Shown: positions 19,532 through 29,670 of the stretch, piece by piece
Numbering within the stretch: position 1 is the first letter of the stretch
Layout of the letters: each line of letters begins with the position of its first letter
NCBI GenBank assembly: GCA_963665095.1
Contig: OY762069.1
Location: 6,688,001 to 6,752,000, forward strand
Source of the DNA: an uncultured Desulfobacter sp.
Lineage (GTDB): Bacteria > Desulfobacterota > Desulfobacteria > Desulfobacterales > Desulfobacteraceae
DNA: 64,000 nucleotides
Direction of reading: 5' to 3'
The notes under the pieces: generated by a model
Database searches by the model: none
What the model was told of the DNA's origin: nothing
What the model saw: the letters and a program-made list of their open reading frames with translations, nothing else
Position numbers and translations under genes: made by a program

Positions 19532-20398
19532 TCAGTATTTTTCAGGGACATGGTGCCTGCCTGACAGAGGCAGGGCATCGTCATAGGCATGGGTCTTATC
19601 CCGTTTCGGCAAAATAATTTTTGGCGTCTCCAGTTCCTTGTAGCTGATCAGGGAGAGCAGATGGCTGATGCAGTTGAGCCTGGTTCGGCGTTTACAGTCC
19701 GAGTGAACCACATACCAGGGGGCAAAATCGGTGTCTGTGGCCTCAAACATGGCATCTCGGGCTTTTGAATATTCATACCAGCGGCGGCGGGATTCAAGAT
19801 CCATGGGGCTTAGTTTCCACTGGCGCATGGGATCTTCAATACGCTTTTTAAATCTTCTCTCCTGCTCTTCATTGCTGACAGAGAGCCAGTATTTGATCAG
19901 GATAATCCCGTCTTTCACCATGGAGAGTTCAAACCCTCTGCAATTTTCCTTGAACCGTTCATATTCGTCATCCGTGCAAAAGCCCATGACCCGTTCCACT
20001 CCCATGCGGTTGTACCAGCTACGGTCAAAGAGTATGGCCTCGCCGGCAGCCGGAAGAAAGCGGGTATATCTTTGGATATACATCTGGGTTTTTTCCCGGT
20101 CATTGGGTGCAGGGAGGGCAACCACCCGGAAAATTCTGGGGCTCACTCTTTCTGTGATTCGTTTGATCACACCACCTTTGCCGGCTGCATCCCTGCCTTC
20201 AAATACAATAACTACGCGAAGTCCTTTGTGTTTGATCCAGGCCTGTAACTTAACCAGTTCAATCTGCAGTCGCTGCAGTTCCTTTTCGTAAAGCTTGCGG
20301 TCAAGCTTGTCCGGCAGGGCTTTAGAAAGTTCTTTATTTCTCTTGGGGGCTTTGTGGGGTGGTTTAGCAGATATTTTTTTATGATCTTTTTTCCCCAT
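19532..20398 (-). CDS. ppk2: Polyphosphate kinase 2 (single-domain)
   Basis: FEGRDAAGKGG Walker A, FDRSWYNR, WKLSPMD, TDTDFAPW. Confidence 0.95.
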   Translation of the reverse strand: MGKKDHKKISAKPPHKAPKRNKELSKALPDKLDRKLYEKELQRLQIELVKLQAWIKHKGLRVVIVFEGRDAAGKGGVIKRITERVSPRIFRVVALPAPNDREKTQMYIQRYTRFLPAAGEAILFDRSWYNRMGVERVMGFCTDDEYERFKENCRGFELSMVKDGIILIKYWLSVSNEEQERRFKKRIEDPMRQWKLSPMDLESRRRWYEYSKARDAMFEATDTDFAPWYVVHSDCKRRTRLNCISHLLSLISYKELETPKIILPKRDKTHAYDDALPLSGRHHVPEKY

Positions 20399-20512
20399 AG
20401 GTACTCCTATATTTTTCCCGGTTCTGTCTCAGACTGATTTTTTGCCAACGTTATTTATTTCTCTTGGTGGTAGAACACTCTTATTGAATGCCTGCAGCAA
20501 TTTTTTGTCAAG

Positions 20513-22147
20513 TTACTTTTTATTCACAAACCTGTCTTTTTCCGGATGAAACCGGGCTGGATAGTCAAGGGTAAATTGCACCACAGGTTTTGGGTCCCCT
20601 TTATGAATAAGGTTCAGGGTGTGCCCCCTGAAAACCAGCCATGGGTCAATGGCCCGGTTTACAAGGCTTACGTGTATGGGTGTGGACAGGGATACAGGCC
20701 ATTGCTGTGATGCCACGTACTCCAGGCGGGTCAGGTGCCGGATAATCTGCTGTTTTACAGGCCTGTCTTTAAGGTAGGCATGGACGGAGGCAAGGAAATA
20801 TGAGACGGAACAGATCAAAGCGCTGGCGACATAGGTTTCCTTTGTGAACTCCACATGAGCAAGAATTTGGTTTTTTAGCTTTTTTTTACAGGCTGGGGTC
20901 AGGTTTTTGAAATTTGTGTCATGTAAATATTGGGCTTTTAACCTTTTAACCACGGCGGGTGTTAATTTCTTTCTTCGTTGTCGGGCCTTGTCAGAAAAGA
21001 TGTCAAAATACTCCCGGATGCTTCGCATCCCGGGCGGGGTGAGCGCATCATGCCCGTTATCCAAAAGGATGTTTTCCACCTGAATATCCAGAAGATCCGG
21101 CAGAATCCCCGAACCGGCTGCCGTGATCACTTCCATCGGCTTGAAATAGTCCACTAAAAGGGCAGGGCGGCCCAGCTTTTTTGCGGGCAGAAACGGGGTG
21201 TCTACGGTGATTCGGATCTTTTTGTGCCCAAAGGGATGCAGTGCGCTGGTAAACGCGGGAATGATGGCGAAAACGCCGTCTGGAGATAGTTCTGTACCGT
21301 AACCGTCTGTGATGGATGGCTTGACAGTGGAAAAGTCCTCATCTAGTCCGGCTGGAATTAAAAGGTCGGATGTGGCATGCTGCTTGGTAAAGGGATGGTC
21401 CATCTCTTTTTCAAGGGCATTTATTCTTGGCCTGTTCCGGTCAGTCAGGCTGACAGAGAGGGGAATACCAGACGTTTCAAGTTTCTTTGCCAGCGCTTCT
21501 GTGCCTTTGGGGACTTTGGTCAAAAGACTGAATTGGATCTCCTCATTCAGGTCTTTGAATACATGGGTGATGTCGTAAGGCGGGTCACACCAGTCCAGAG
21601 GGTCTGACCCTCCATAAAGGGCAAGATCCCGGTTTCCGTGTTCCAACAGGGTTTGAATGAACCGTTTAACCGCATCAAAGGTAAAATGGGATCTGGTCTT
21701 GGGCAGTGCCCACTCATTGCACCGCCGGCAGAAATTGGAACAGCCGCTGGTCATCTGAAAGGTGATGGCCTGGCTGAAAACAGCCTGTTTCTGCCAGGGG
21801 GTGAGGTCAAGACGGGCTTTCCAGTCCGTGCAGGTCAGATAACCGGGTTCTGCCTGTCTGACTTTATCTGCCAAACGTGAGCGTAATTGCAGGGTCTGTT
21901 TTTTAAGACCTGATGGAAAGCCGGGTTGATGCCTGTACCGGGTCAGAGCCGTCAGTATTTGGCGCAGAAATTTTTCGTCAGTCTCTCCTAAATCCGGGAT
22001 CGCTGCCGTATGACATGCCACATGTACAAGGTCTGTCAGGTTGTCAGCATCCCGGACGAACAGACCTGCTATAATCCTGTTTTTCAAATGCTCAACAGGG
22101 GCATCAGGGGTGGCAATAACCCCGGGATGATCGGCAGGTTTGTTCAT
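20513..22147 (-). CDS. Orphan radical SAM protein
   Basis: TSGCSNFCRRC (Cx3Cx2C) and ALYGGSDPL (GGE-like motif). Confidence 0.7.
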   Translation of the reverse strand: MNKPADHPGVIATPDAPVEHLKNRIIAGLFVRDADNLTDLVHVACHTAAIPDLGETDEKFLRQILTALTRYRHQPGFPSGLKKQTLQLRSRLADKVRQAEPGYLTCTDWKARLDLTPWQKQAVFSQAITFQMTSGCSNFCRRCNEWALPKTRSHFTFDAVKRFIQTLLEHGNRDLALYGGSDPLDWCDPPYDITHVFKDLNEEIQFSLLTKVPKGTEALAKKLETSGIPLSVSLTDRNRPRINALEKEMDHPFTKQHATSDLLIPAGLDEDFSTVKPSITDGYGTELSPDGVFAIIPAFTSALHPFGHKKIRITVDTPFLPAKKLGRPALLVDYFKPMEVITAAGSGILPDLLDIQVENILLDNGHDALTPPGMRSIREYFDIFSDKARQRRKKLTPAVVKRLKAQYLHDTNFKNLTPACKKKLKNQILAHVEFTKETYVASALICSVSYFLASVHAYLKDRPVKQQIIRHLTRLEYVASQQWPVSLSTPIHVSLVNRAIDPWLVFRGHTLNLIHKGDPKPVVQFTLDYPARFHPEKDRFVNKK

Positions 22148-22197
22148 TTCGTTATCACTGTGCCGGCAGGCAAAAAGGGTTGCTGGTTTTTAAAATG

Positions 22198-22231
22198 CCA
22201 AAGGGGGCCTTTTTTAAAAAGCCCCCTTTGG
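22198..22231 (-). terminator. Intrinsic terminator after dsrP
   Basis: CCAAAGGGGGC...GCCCCCTTTGG 11-bp stem, 40 nt past the dsrP stop. Confidence 0.7.
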
Positions 22232-22271
22232 GTCAAGTTATATCACTATATAGTGTTCAGCTCGGGGTGTA

Positions 22272-23429
22272 TCAGCCGCGAACCTCTTCTTTAACTGTGG
22301 TGGCAAGTTTGTACAGTATGGTCAGTACAAAAAGGCCGACGCCATACACGCCAAGGGCGATGATGCCTTCCTGGAGTGTGGGGGCGTATTCGGTTACATG
22401 GTGCAGGGGAGACGGAACAAAACCGCCGGCGATCATGCCAAGGGCCTTGTCAATCCAGGCACCGAAAAAGATCATGGCACAGGTGACAGGCAAAAGGGTC
22501 TTGTTGGTTCTCAGTTTGGGAATCAACAGGAAAATCGCGCCGGTACCCATGAGAAGCAGGGAACTCCACATCCAGGGCACCATCATGTTGTGACCGTGAA
22601 GACCGAACAGAAGGTACTGGGTGTGCGCCAGATGGCTCGGGATTCCTGAGTAGTAAACCACAAAACATTCGCAGGCAAAGAAGAACAGGTTGGCAATGAT
22701 GGCGTAGCAGACGATTTTTGACAAGGTCTGCATGGCCTCCCAGCCCGGATCAAATTTGGTGAATTTTCTGATGATGTAGCAAAGGATGATCAGGAACGCC
22801 GGACCTGCTGCAAAGGCAGATGCCAGGAACCTGGGGGCCAGAATGGCAGTCAGCCAGAAACCACGGCCCGGCAGGCCGCAGTACAGATAGGCTGTTACCG
22901 TGTGGATGCCGATGGCAAAGGGGATGGATACCAGAACCAGCGGTTTGGTCCACCATACCGGTTCCACCTGATTTCTTTCAGCTTCCAGCACTTTCCATCC
23001 CACCACAATGTTCAGGAACAGATAGCCGTTCAGAACGATCATGTCATAAAAGAGCATGGAATGGGGGGTGGGGTACAACAGCACGTTCAGCATGCGGATG
23101 GGCTGGCCTAAATCCACCACGATGAACAGTAAGCACATGATCAGGCAGGCCACTGCCAGGAATTCACCCAGAATGGTGATTCGGTGGAACCGTTCATAAT
23201 CATGCAGGTAATAAGGAATCACCACCATGACACCCCCTGCGGCAACACCCACAAGAAAGGTGAAATTGGCGATGTAAAAGCCCCAGGACACGTCCCGGCT
23301 CATGCCTGTGATCATCAGACCGTTGATAAACTGGTCGATGTAGGCAATGGCGCCTGCGCCTATGACAGCGAGCAAAAGGACGATCCACAACCAATAATTT
23401 TTACTTCCTTTAATAGCTATTTCAAGCAT
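22272..23429 (-). CDS. dsrP: DsrP, NrfD/PsrC-family membrane subunit
   Basis: TGMSRDVSWGFYIANFTFLVGVAAG, VDLGQP, HTVTA; last gene of dsrMKJOP. Confidence 0.93.
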   Translation of the reverse strand: MLEIAIKGSKNYWLWIVLLLAVIGAGAIAYIDQFINGLMITGMSRDVSWGFYIANFTFLVGVAAGGVMVVIPYYLHDYERFHRITILGEFLAVACLIMCLLFIVVDLGQPIRMLNVLLYPTPHSMLFYDMIVLNGYLFLNIVVGWKVLEAERNQVEPVWWTKPLVLVSIPFAIGIHTVTAYLYCGLPGRGFWLTAILAPRFLASAFAAGPAFLIILCYIIRKFTKFDPGWEAMQTLSKIVCYAIIANLFFFACECFVVYYSGIPSHLAHTQYLLFGLHGHNMMVPWMWSSLLLMGTGAIFLLIPKLRTNKTLLPVTCAMIFFGAWIDKALGMIAGGFVPSPLHHVTEYAPTLQEGIIALGVYGVGLFVLTILYKLATTVKEEVRG

Positions 23430-23440
23430 ACTCGCCTCTC

Positions 23441-24265
23441 TTAAACGATGTAGTAAACACTGGGTTCGGTACCCAGGGACTGTTTACGTCTGATTGTGTA
23501 ATGTTCCTTCAAAATGCCTCTGATTTCGGATTCCGGATCCTCAAGGTCTCCGACGACAATGGCGCCTTCGCTGGCTTCCACACAATGGGGCTGTTCGCCT
23601 TTGGCTAAGCGTTCGGCACACAGGTTGCATTTTTCAACCACACCCTTGGTCCGGGTGGGGAAATCAGGAGCTGTCTCTTCAATGAAGGGGCGCGGATCTC
23701 GGAAGTTGAAATTCCTTGAGCCATACGGACAGGCCGCCATGCAAAACCTGCAGCCGATGCAGCGATGGTAGTCCATGATGACAATACCGTCTTCCCGTTT
23801 AAAGGTTGCCTGGGTGGGGCAGGCCTGAACACAAGGGGCGTTTTTGCAGTGGTTACAGGTCACAAGGAAGGGCAGATGATGAAATTTTTCTGCCAGGAAT
23901 TCATCTTCTTTGTCAGGAAATGCATAGTGGAAGTGTTCCTCCCAGATCCATTTGATCTCCTGGCCGGCCACCGGCGGACGGGTGTTGGGGTATTTTTCCG
24001 CATCCGGTTCCATGCTGAAGTCCGGTACATTATGGGCCTTGTGACAGGCCTCTTTAACGGCTTCAGCAATTTCTTCGGTCAGCTTGTTGGTGTCAATAAC
24101 CATGCCCCAGCGCTCGGCGTGCAGGGCTTCTTCGTTTTTGGTTATTTCGGGTCCTGCGCTGCCGTGGGAGTCTGATGCGGCAAGATTCATTACCGGAGCA
24201 GCACCCATTCCAATGGCAGCAATACCCGCTACTTTAAGAAAGCTTCTTCTGCTCTTAATCATCAT
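23441..24265 (-). CDS. dsrO: DsrO, Tat-exported Fe-S protein
   Basis: SRRSFLK Tat motif; CNHCKNAPCVQACP, CIGCRFCMAACP, KCNLC. Confidence 0.93.
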   Translation of the reverse strand: MMIKSRRSFLKVAGIAAIGMGAAPVMNLAASDSHGSAGPEITKNEEALHAERWGMVIDTNKLTEEIAEAVKEACHKAHNVPDFSMEPDAEKYPNTRPPVAGQEIKWIWEEHFHYAFPDKEDEFLAEKFHHLPFLVTCNHCKNAPCVQACPTQATFKREDGIVIMDYHRCIGCRFCMAACPYGSRNFNFRDPRPFIEETAPDFPTRTKGVVEKCNLCAERLAKGEQPHCVEASEGAIVVGDLEDPESEIRGILKEHYTIRRKQSLGTEPSVYYIV

Positions 24266-24657
24266 TTAATCTCCTTGGGGTTGGTGTGACACTCCCAGCA
24301 ATAGGGGCTCACAGAGGCGTAGTCGTGGCAGCTGTCACAGAATTTTGCTTTGTCTTCATGGCAGCCCAGGCAGGAGTTTTCACCTGTGGACAGGCTCATG
24401 TTAAAAGTTTTGCCATTCTCTCCGGTATATTTGCGGTCCCCGTGACGCACAACCGAATCCCGCCAGACATCCAGCAGGTACATATGTTCGGCCCGCATTT
24501 CATATTTGTCCATGACACATTTTTTTGCTGTGGCAGAAGGTCCCACAAGTTCGGGCTTCGGCGCTGCCTGCGTGGTTGTGATCATGTTGAACCAGAACGG
24601 AGAAAGAACGGCAAGCACAAATACCGCAAGTCCTGCCATAATCATGTTTTTACTCAT
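24262..24657 (-). CDS. dsrJ: DsrJ, triheme cytochrome c
   Basis: Three CxxCH (CLGCH, CDSCH, CWECH); MRAEHM..L..WRDSVVR. Confidence 0.93.
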   Translation of the reverse strand: MSKNMIMAGLAVFVLAVLSPFWFNMITTTQAAPKPELVGPSATAKKCVMDKYEMRAEHMYLLDVWRDSVVRHGDRKYTGENGKTFNMSLSTGENSCLGCHEDKAKFCDSCHDYASVSPYCWECHTNPKEIK

Positions 24658-26317
24658 CTTCGTCCTCCTCTACCCCCGGCAGGGGTTCCATTCTCAGGTC
24701 TTCGGTTCTCTTCTTTTCACCCGGGAGAATCAGGGCGTTGCCCACCAGTTCGTGAACGCCGATGACATCGACTTCAGGCACCCAGTATTCGCACATGGTG
24801 GGAAGGGCAGCCCTGTCAATGGCACAGATGGTGGCCAATGAGTTGACCCCGAATTTTTCATGAACGTATTTGACGGCATTGGCCCGGGGAAGGGCGCCGG
24901 CCATTCTGAGTTCAATGTTTTCTCCGGCGTTAAGACCCGCGCCTGAACCGCAGCAGAAGGTCTGTTCACGGATGGTGTTGGGCGGCATTTCATAGAAATG
25001 ATCTGCACAGGCCTTGATGCAGTACCTGGGTTCTTCCAGAAGGCCCATGCCGCGGGCCGGGTTGCAGGAGTCGTGGAAGGTTAGGATCCGGTTTGAATTC
25101 CGGCTCTTGTCCAGTTCCAGCTTGCCGTGCTTGATCAGGTCGGCCGTAAACTCGGTGATATGGACCATTTTGGTGGAGGCGGCATTTTCAAACCGGGTGC
25201 CGGTAATGGGGTTCACAGGCACTTCCAGGAAGTCGGCAGGGCCGTTCATAGTATCCATGTACTGGTTGATAACCCGCCACATATGTCCGCACTCCCCGCC
25301 CAGTATCCATTTGACGCCCAGACGCTTGGCTTCCATATACATTTTGGCGTTGAGGCGTTTCATGGTCTCATGGGAGGTGAAGAAACCGAAGTTGCCACCT
25401 TCGGATGCATAGGTGGACCAGGTGACATCCAGTCCGTATTTATCCTTGAGATACTTGAACAGGATGAGATACCCCTGACAGGTATAGGTGCCGGGGTCGG
25501 CAAATACGTCGCCCGATGGTGTGACAAAAAGGATGTCAGCCCCTTTTTTCTGGAACTGGGGCGTACAGTCAACCCCTGTGATTTCCTCAATGTCTTCCAC
25601 AAAGAATTCCAGCATGTCCTTGAAGGCGTGGGGCTGGATGCCAAGATGGTTACCGGTCTGGTAGCAGTTGGAAACCGGCGTTGCAATCCAGTCAATGTTC
25701 AGCCCGATCAGGTTGAGCAGCTCACGGCCGATGATGGTGATCTCTGCTGTATCAATGCCGTAGGGACAGAAAACTGAACAACGCCTGCATTCCGTGCACT
25801 GGAAAAAGTAGTACCACATCTCCTTGAGGGCTTCCAGGTTCAGATCCCTGGAACCTAAAAGGCGCTGGCCCCCCGGGATTTTTTTCAGAATTTTGCCCGC
25901 AAGTGTAAAATCGTTACGGTAAATGGATCGCAGCAGTTCAGCCCGCAGCACAGGCATGTTCTTGGGATCGCCGGTACCCAGGAAGAAGTGGCATTTATCT
26001 GCGCAGGCACCGCAGCGTACACAGATGTCCATGAAAACTTTAAAAGTACGGAAACGCTCCAAGCGCTGTTTAATACCGTTATGCAGGATCTCCTGCCAGT
26101 TTTCCGGCAGCTTCCAGTCATCTTTCAGGGGATTCCACTCCCTGGCATTGGGAAGGCTTAAGGTCTCAACGCTTTCTGGCTTTGCTGCATAGCAGTACAT
26201 ACCGGGCCGGATCTGAACGGATTTGGTAGTGTCCAGCCAGTTGCTGGGCTCGGAGCTAGACCGGGGACGATAGTCAATTTTGTCTAGTGCTTCATCCGGT
26301 GTAAGTTCGTCAGCCAT
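24650..26317 (-). CDS. dsrK: DsrK, HdrD-like Fe-S/CCG subunit
   Basis: CVRCGACADKC, CTECRRCSVFCP, GECGH, HDSCN, TFCCGSG. Confidence 0.95.
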   Translation of the reverse strand: MADELTPDEALDKIDYRPRSSSEPSNWLDTTKSVQIRPGMYCYAAKPESVETLSLPNAREWNPLKDDWKLPENWQEILHNGIKQRLERFRTFKVFMDICVRCGACADKCHFFLGTGDPKNMPVLRAELLRSIYRNDFTLAGKILKKIPGGQRLLGSRDLNLEALKEMWYYFFQCTECRRCSVFCPYGIDTAEITIIGRELLNLIGLNIDWIATPVSNCYQTGNHLGIQPHAFKDMLEFFVEDIEEITGVDCTPQFQKKGADILFVTPSGDVFADPGTYTCQGYLILFKYLKDKYGLDVTWSTYASEGGNFGFFTSHETMKRLNAKMYMEAKRLGVKWILGGECGHMWRVINQYMDTMNGPADFLEVPVNPITGTRFENAASTKMVHITEFTADLIKHGKLELDKSRNSNRILTFHDSCNPARGMGLLEEPRYCIKACADHFYEMPPNTIREQTFCCGSGAGLNAGENIELRMAGALPRANAVKYVHEKFGVNSLATICAIDRAALPTMCEYWVPEVDVIGVHELVGNALILPGEKKRTEDLRMEPLPGVEEDEDE

Positions 26318-26320
26318 CTA

Positions 26321-27328
26321 TCACTCCTTTTTATCCACCGGCAGGCCGGCTTCAATCATTTTGTCTCTGAAGTGGTCCTCATACTGTTCATACGTATGGA
26401 CGGGCACATCATAGTTCCAGGGGTTAACATGCCGTTTAGCACGGGTGTCGTTGGCCATGTTCCGGGTGGGACTCAGGAAAATCCCGCCCATGTGCATCAG
26501 CTTGCTCATGGGAAAATATGCAAACAGAATGCTCACAAGGAAAAGATGACCGTAAAACAATCCGCCCACTTCTTCGGGAATATGGGGAGAAAAGGTCACA
26601 AGGCCCATGGTCAGCTCCTTGATGCCGATGATGTCCACTTTGGTGAAGTACCGCATGGAGATGCCGGTGATGGCAATGCCGATGATCAGGAACAAGGGGA
26701 AGTAGTCAGCCGCCTGTGAGATGTAGTTGACTTTTGCATCAAACATTCTGCGGCTCAACAGGAACAACGCTGCCAGCAGAAGCACCGGCCCGGAGATGAA
26801 CAGGCCGGGAAGGCCAAGCTGTACAATGCCGTCAAGGTATTCCAGGGCCTGGATGCATCCGGGAACAGGCGCGGTGAAGAACCGCAAGTGCCTGAGCAGG
26901 ACCACCAGGAATGCATAGTGGAATGCAAGCGCACCCACCCACAGGAAGATTTCCCATGAATAGGAGAGCTTGTTGGAAGCATGCCGGTTAAACGCGGCTT
27001 TTGTGTTTCTGAACAATGACCTGAAAACAAATATTTCCAGGAGCATCCGTACAAAAACGCCGGCTGATGTGTTCGGGTTGTCAATGGTATTCTGTTTAAT
27101 CCATGGCAAAGATTTCTGCTGGCCGCAGGTCGTCGGAATTTTGAACGGCACGGCAGAAGATGCCCATCCCATGACTTTGATTACAAAGCCAATCAGGAAT
27201 ACGGCAATTGCCAGGTACGGAATCAGTACACCAAAGACCACCTGAAGCCCGAGTCCCTCAACCCCTGTATAGGCCAACAGGAAAAGCAGAAAGACAGCAG
27301 TAAGGGGGATCAAGTACCTTTGATTCAT
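26321..27328 (-). CDS. dsrM: DsrM, NarI-like cytochrome b
   Basis: PFKIPTTCGQQKSL, FHY...LRHLR, YFPMSKLMHMGGIFLSPTRN. Confidence 0.95.
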   Translation of the reverse strand: MNQRYLIPLTAVFLLFLLAYTGVEGLGLQVVFGVLIPYLAIAVFLIGFVIKVMGWASSAVPFKIPTTCGQQKSLPWIKQNTIDNPNTSAGVFVRMLLEIFVFRSLFRNTKAAFNRHASNKLSYSWEIFLWVGALAFHYAFLVVLLRHLRFFTAPVPGCIQALEYLDGIVQLGLPGLFISGPVLLLAALFLLSRRMFDAKVNYISQAADYFPLFLIIGIAITGISMRYFTKVDIIGIKELTMGLVTFSPHIPEEVGGLFYGHLFLVSILFAYFPMSKLMHMGGIFLSPTRNMANDTRAKRHVNPWNYDVPVHTYEQYEDHFRDKMIEAGLPVDKKE

Positions 27329-27382
27329 GTTATAACCACCTCATTATTTTATGTATGACCCGCCATTATCGTTTCATACATG

Positions 27383-27892
27383 TTAAGATTGTTTGGAGCC
27401 TAGAAGCTCTGCCTCTGACAGCTCCGCTACTAAACCTGCCCTTTCAAAGGCTTTGTGGATGCGTCTTTTGCTCTCCGTGGCCTTTAAAAGGAAAATATCC
27501 TCTCTACATTTCATGTACCGGTTAAAGGCAGCCAGAGCCAATTCATCCACCAGGCGGTAAAAATTTGTGATATCTGCCTGGGCAATGATGCCTTCACCGA
27601 TTTGTTTCAGTTCGAATACAAAACTTACAGCATCAGCAGGGTTAAATGCCTGAACCGCGCGGATCCGGATCACCGGATCCAGGGCTTTTTCAAGGCTTTC
27701 CCTGCTGTAATCTTCTGTAATAAGGTTTAATACGTCTTCAAGGGTTTCCCGCGTGACAGCGCCCACAGGATTGTCGAAACGATCTGATTTTTTTCCCAAA
27801 ACCCTTGCTGTTTCTGCAGGATAAGTGTTGATGGTGGCGGAAAACCAGCTTTGCAGCAGGTGGTCCCTGTTTTTCTTTATTGTATTTTTCAA
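27383..27892 (-). CDS. RsbRD N-terminal-domain-like protein upstream of dsrM
   Basis: W....INTYP, DRFDNPVG, IRIRAVQ.F, AF..YM.CRE; position ahead of dsrMKJOP. Confidence 0.7.
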   Translation of the reverse strand: MKNTIKKNRDHLLQSWFSATINTYPAETARVLGKKSDRFDNPVGAVTRETLEDVLNLITEDYSRESLEKALDPVIRIRAVQAFNPADAVSFVFELKQIGEGIIAQADITNFYRLVDELALAAFNRYMKCREDIFLLKATESKRRIHKAFERAGLVAELSEAELLGSKQS

Positions 27893-27950
27893 GGTGAGAT
27901 AACCTTTAAATTTAAAATGTCAACTGATTAGATTGCGCAATTGTTAGAAG

Positions 27951-27979
27951 GATATAAACTCCCACAAATTTTATGTCAA
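27951..27979 (-). promoter_or_regulatory. Candidate sigma70 promoter of the dsrMKJOP operon
   Basis: Minus strand TTGACA-17 nt-TATATC. Confidence 0.5.
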
Positions 27980-28160
27980 GGGTAAACGCTTTGGTTTCTG
28001 AATGAAACTTACCGTGTTTAGGCCCTTATGCGGTCTTTATGGGGGCCTTGAATCAAAGAAGATTTTCTGGGTAAAATTGCCAATTAAAGCATATGTTTTT
28101 ATCAGAAAATGACCAGTCAATAAGAGACCGTCTCAAGTACATGTGGAAATTGGAAATTAT

Positions 28161-28206
28161 TATAAAAGACCCTGTCTGCATTGAGTTGCGAACGGGGTCT
28201 TTTATA
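28161..28206 (-). terminator. Intrinsic terminator after porin gene
   Basis: TATAAAAGACCC...GGGTCTTTTATA inverted repeat. Confidence 0.65.
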
Positions 28207-28235
28207 TTCTTAAATTATGATGAATTGCCTGGGTT

Positions 28236-29402
28236 TTAAAAACTGATCTGCCATTTAAGGCCTGCATAGGTCAGTTTGGACTGACCGTCCTGCCTGAAAT
28301 CACACTGGCCTATTTCCGGTGTAAGGGAGACACCCGGTGCCAGGAAAATTGTGGACTGCAGGTAAACAGTCAGGCAGTCATCGGTTGACGCGTCATCTGT
28401 GTCCAGTTTTGTTGAAACATACCCGCATCCTGCTTCAAGATAAAGCCCTCGGCGAATTTCCAGCCCTGCCACAACCAGTCCGCAGATGCTCTCTTTATCA
28501 ATAATCTGTGTGCCATCCCAGCGGACAAGACCAAACCCGTCACCGTCAAGGTCTGTTTTGCTGTTAGAAATACTGTTATAGGTTGAGTAAAGGGACGTAT
28601 TAACCAGGATATTGACCATTTGGCCCACGTTCTGGCCTCCCCAGATATTTCCTTTAAAATAGGCCGGTCCCAGATTCAGCTGGCCGCCGGCACCCAATAC
28701 ATAGGATTCCACCTCATAGCTGTCACCATTTTCTTCAACATCAAAAGTCTGGTATCCGGCAGCAACCCCTAAGTGTCCCCAGTTAAAATCGTATTGATAC
28801 CTGGCCTGGATGGAGGGCAGTCGAACCGTTGTGGCAGGCTGGTTAACCGGGACATAATACGGGGCTACATAAGTTGGTGTGGCATACACCAGGGTATTGG
28901 GCTCTACCAGTGCAATCCTGAAACCACCCATTTTCAACTGAATCATGGGCTTTCTGTCCCCATAGAGCATGCCAAAGTAGCTCATATTGGTATCACCTTT
29001 GTTGAAGCCGCTGACATTGTATACCTGATTAGAGTATGGAAAAATTAAAGGGGTGTAGTTTTTACCAACCCCCAGAGATCCTTTGCCGAAACTCCATTCC
29101 CCCCAAAGGACACGGACGTTGGCATTGCCCCCGAGTGCACCGAACTCAACGAGTCCTGTCAGGCTGTCGCTGACCGTCACTTTGGCCCCGACCCTTGCGT
29201 TGCCGCACAGGTTTTCTTCATAGCTTTCAGTGTCGGTTTCATTACTCAGGCCGAGGGCAGCACTGGCAGATGTAAACGGATCCTTTTCAAATTTGGTATA
29301 GAAAGTGGACACACGGGCAGATCCGTAAAAGTCCCAGTCAGCTGCAACCGCAATACCGGAAAAAAACAACGCAAACATTAAAGCAACGACTAACTTTTTC
29401 AC
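28236..29402 (-). CDS. Outer-membrane beta-barrel (porin-like) protein
   Basis: Signal peptide ending AVA/A, mature start ADWDFYGSARV, alternating aromatic strands, C-terminal WQISF. GAGGAG RBS. Confidence 0.75.
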   Translation of the reverse strand: MKKLVVALMFALFFSGIAVAADWDFYGSARVSTFYTKFEKDPFTSASAALGLSNETDTESYEENLCGNARVGAKVTVSDSLTGLVEFGALGGNANVRVLWGEWSFGKGSLGVGKNYTPLIFPYSNQVYNVSGFNKGDTNMSYFGMLYGDRKPMIQLKMGGFRIALVEPNTLVYATPTYVAPYYVPVNQPATTVRLPSIQARYQYDFNWGHLGVAAGYQTFDVEENGDSYEVESYVLGAGGQLNLGPAYFKGNIWGGQNVGQMVNILVNTSLYSTYNSISNSKTDLDGDGFGLVRWDGTQIIDKESICGLVVAGLEIRRGLYLEAGCGYVSTKLDTDDASTDDCLTVYLQSTIFLAPGVSLTPEIGQCDFRQDGQSKLTYAGLKWQISF

Positions 29403-29595
29403 CTCTCCTCCTCTTGTTATCGACGTTCTTCCTCTTTTTTGAACACCAATTTTTTAAGTTAAATAACAATTCCCAAAGGCGCGTCAGGTAATAGATTTCA
29501 GCCTTCGTCCAAAGGGTGCCCCTATGTTGCGTGTCAATTTAGTCCACATGGCCTTTATCTGTTCCTTTTATTCAGATAAATTAAAAATGGACATT

Positions 29596-29626
29596 TTGAC
29601 ATGCACCATACCATACGGTATGGTAT
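29596..29626 (+). promoter_or_regulatory. tetR promoter with overlapping perfect palindromic operator
   Basis: TTGACA (29596)-17 nt-TATGGT; ATACCATAC-G-GTATGGTAT perfect 9-1-9 palindrome at 29608-29626. Confidence 0.7.
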
Positions 29627-29670
29627 AGCTATATTCCCCAATCAAAGTTGTCAAGAAAAAGGATGATTCC

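Noticed and set aside
27900..28160. Rex operator upstream of dsrMKJOP
   Set aside because: Only a TTTGTG half-site is visible; no TTGTGAA-N4-TTCACAA-like dyad.
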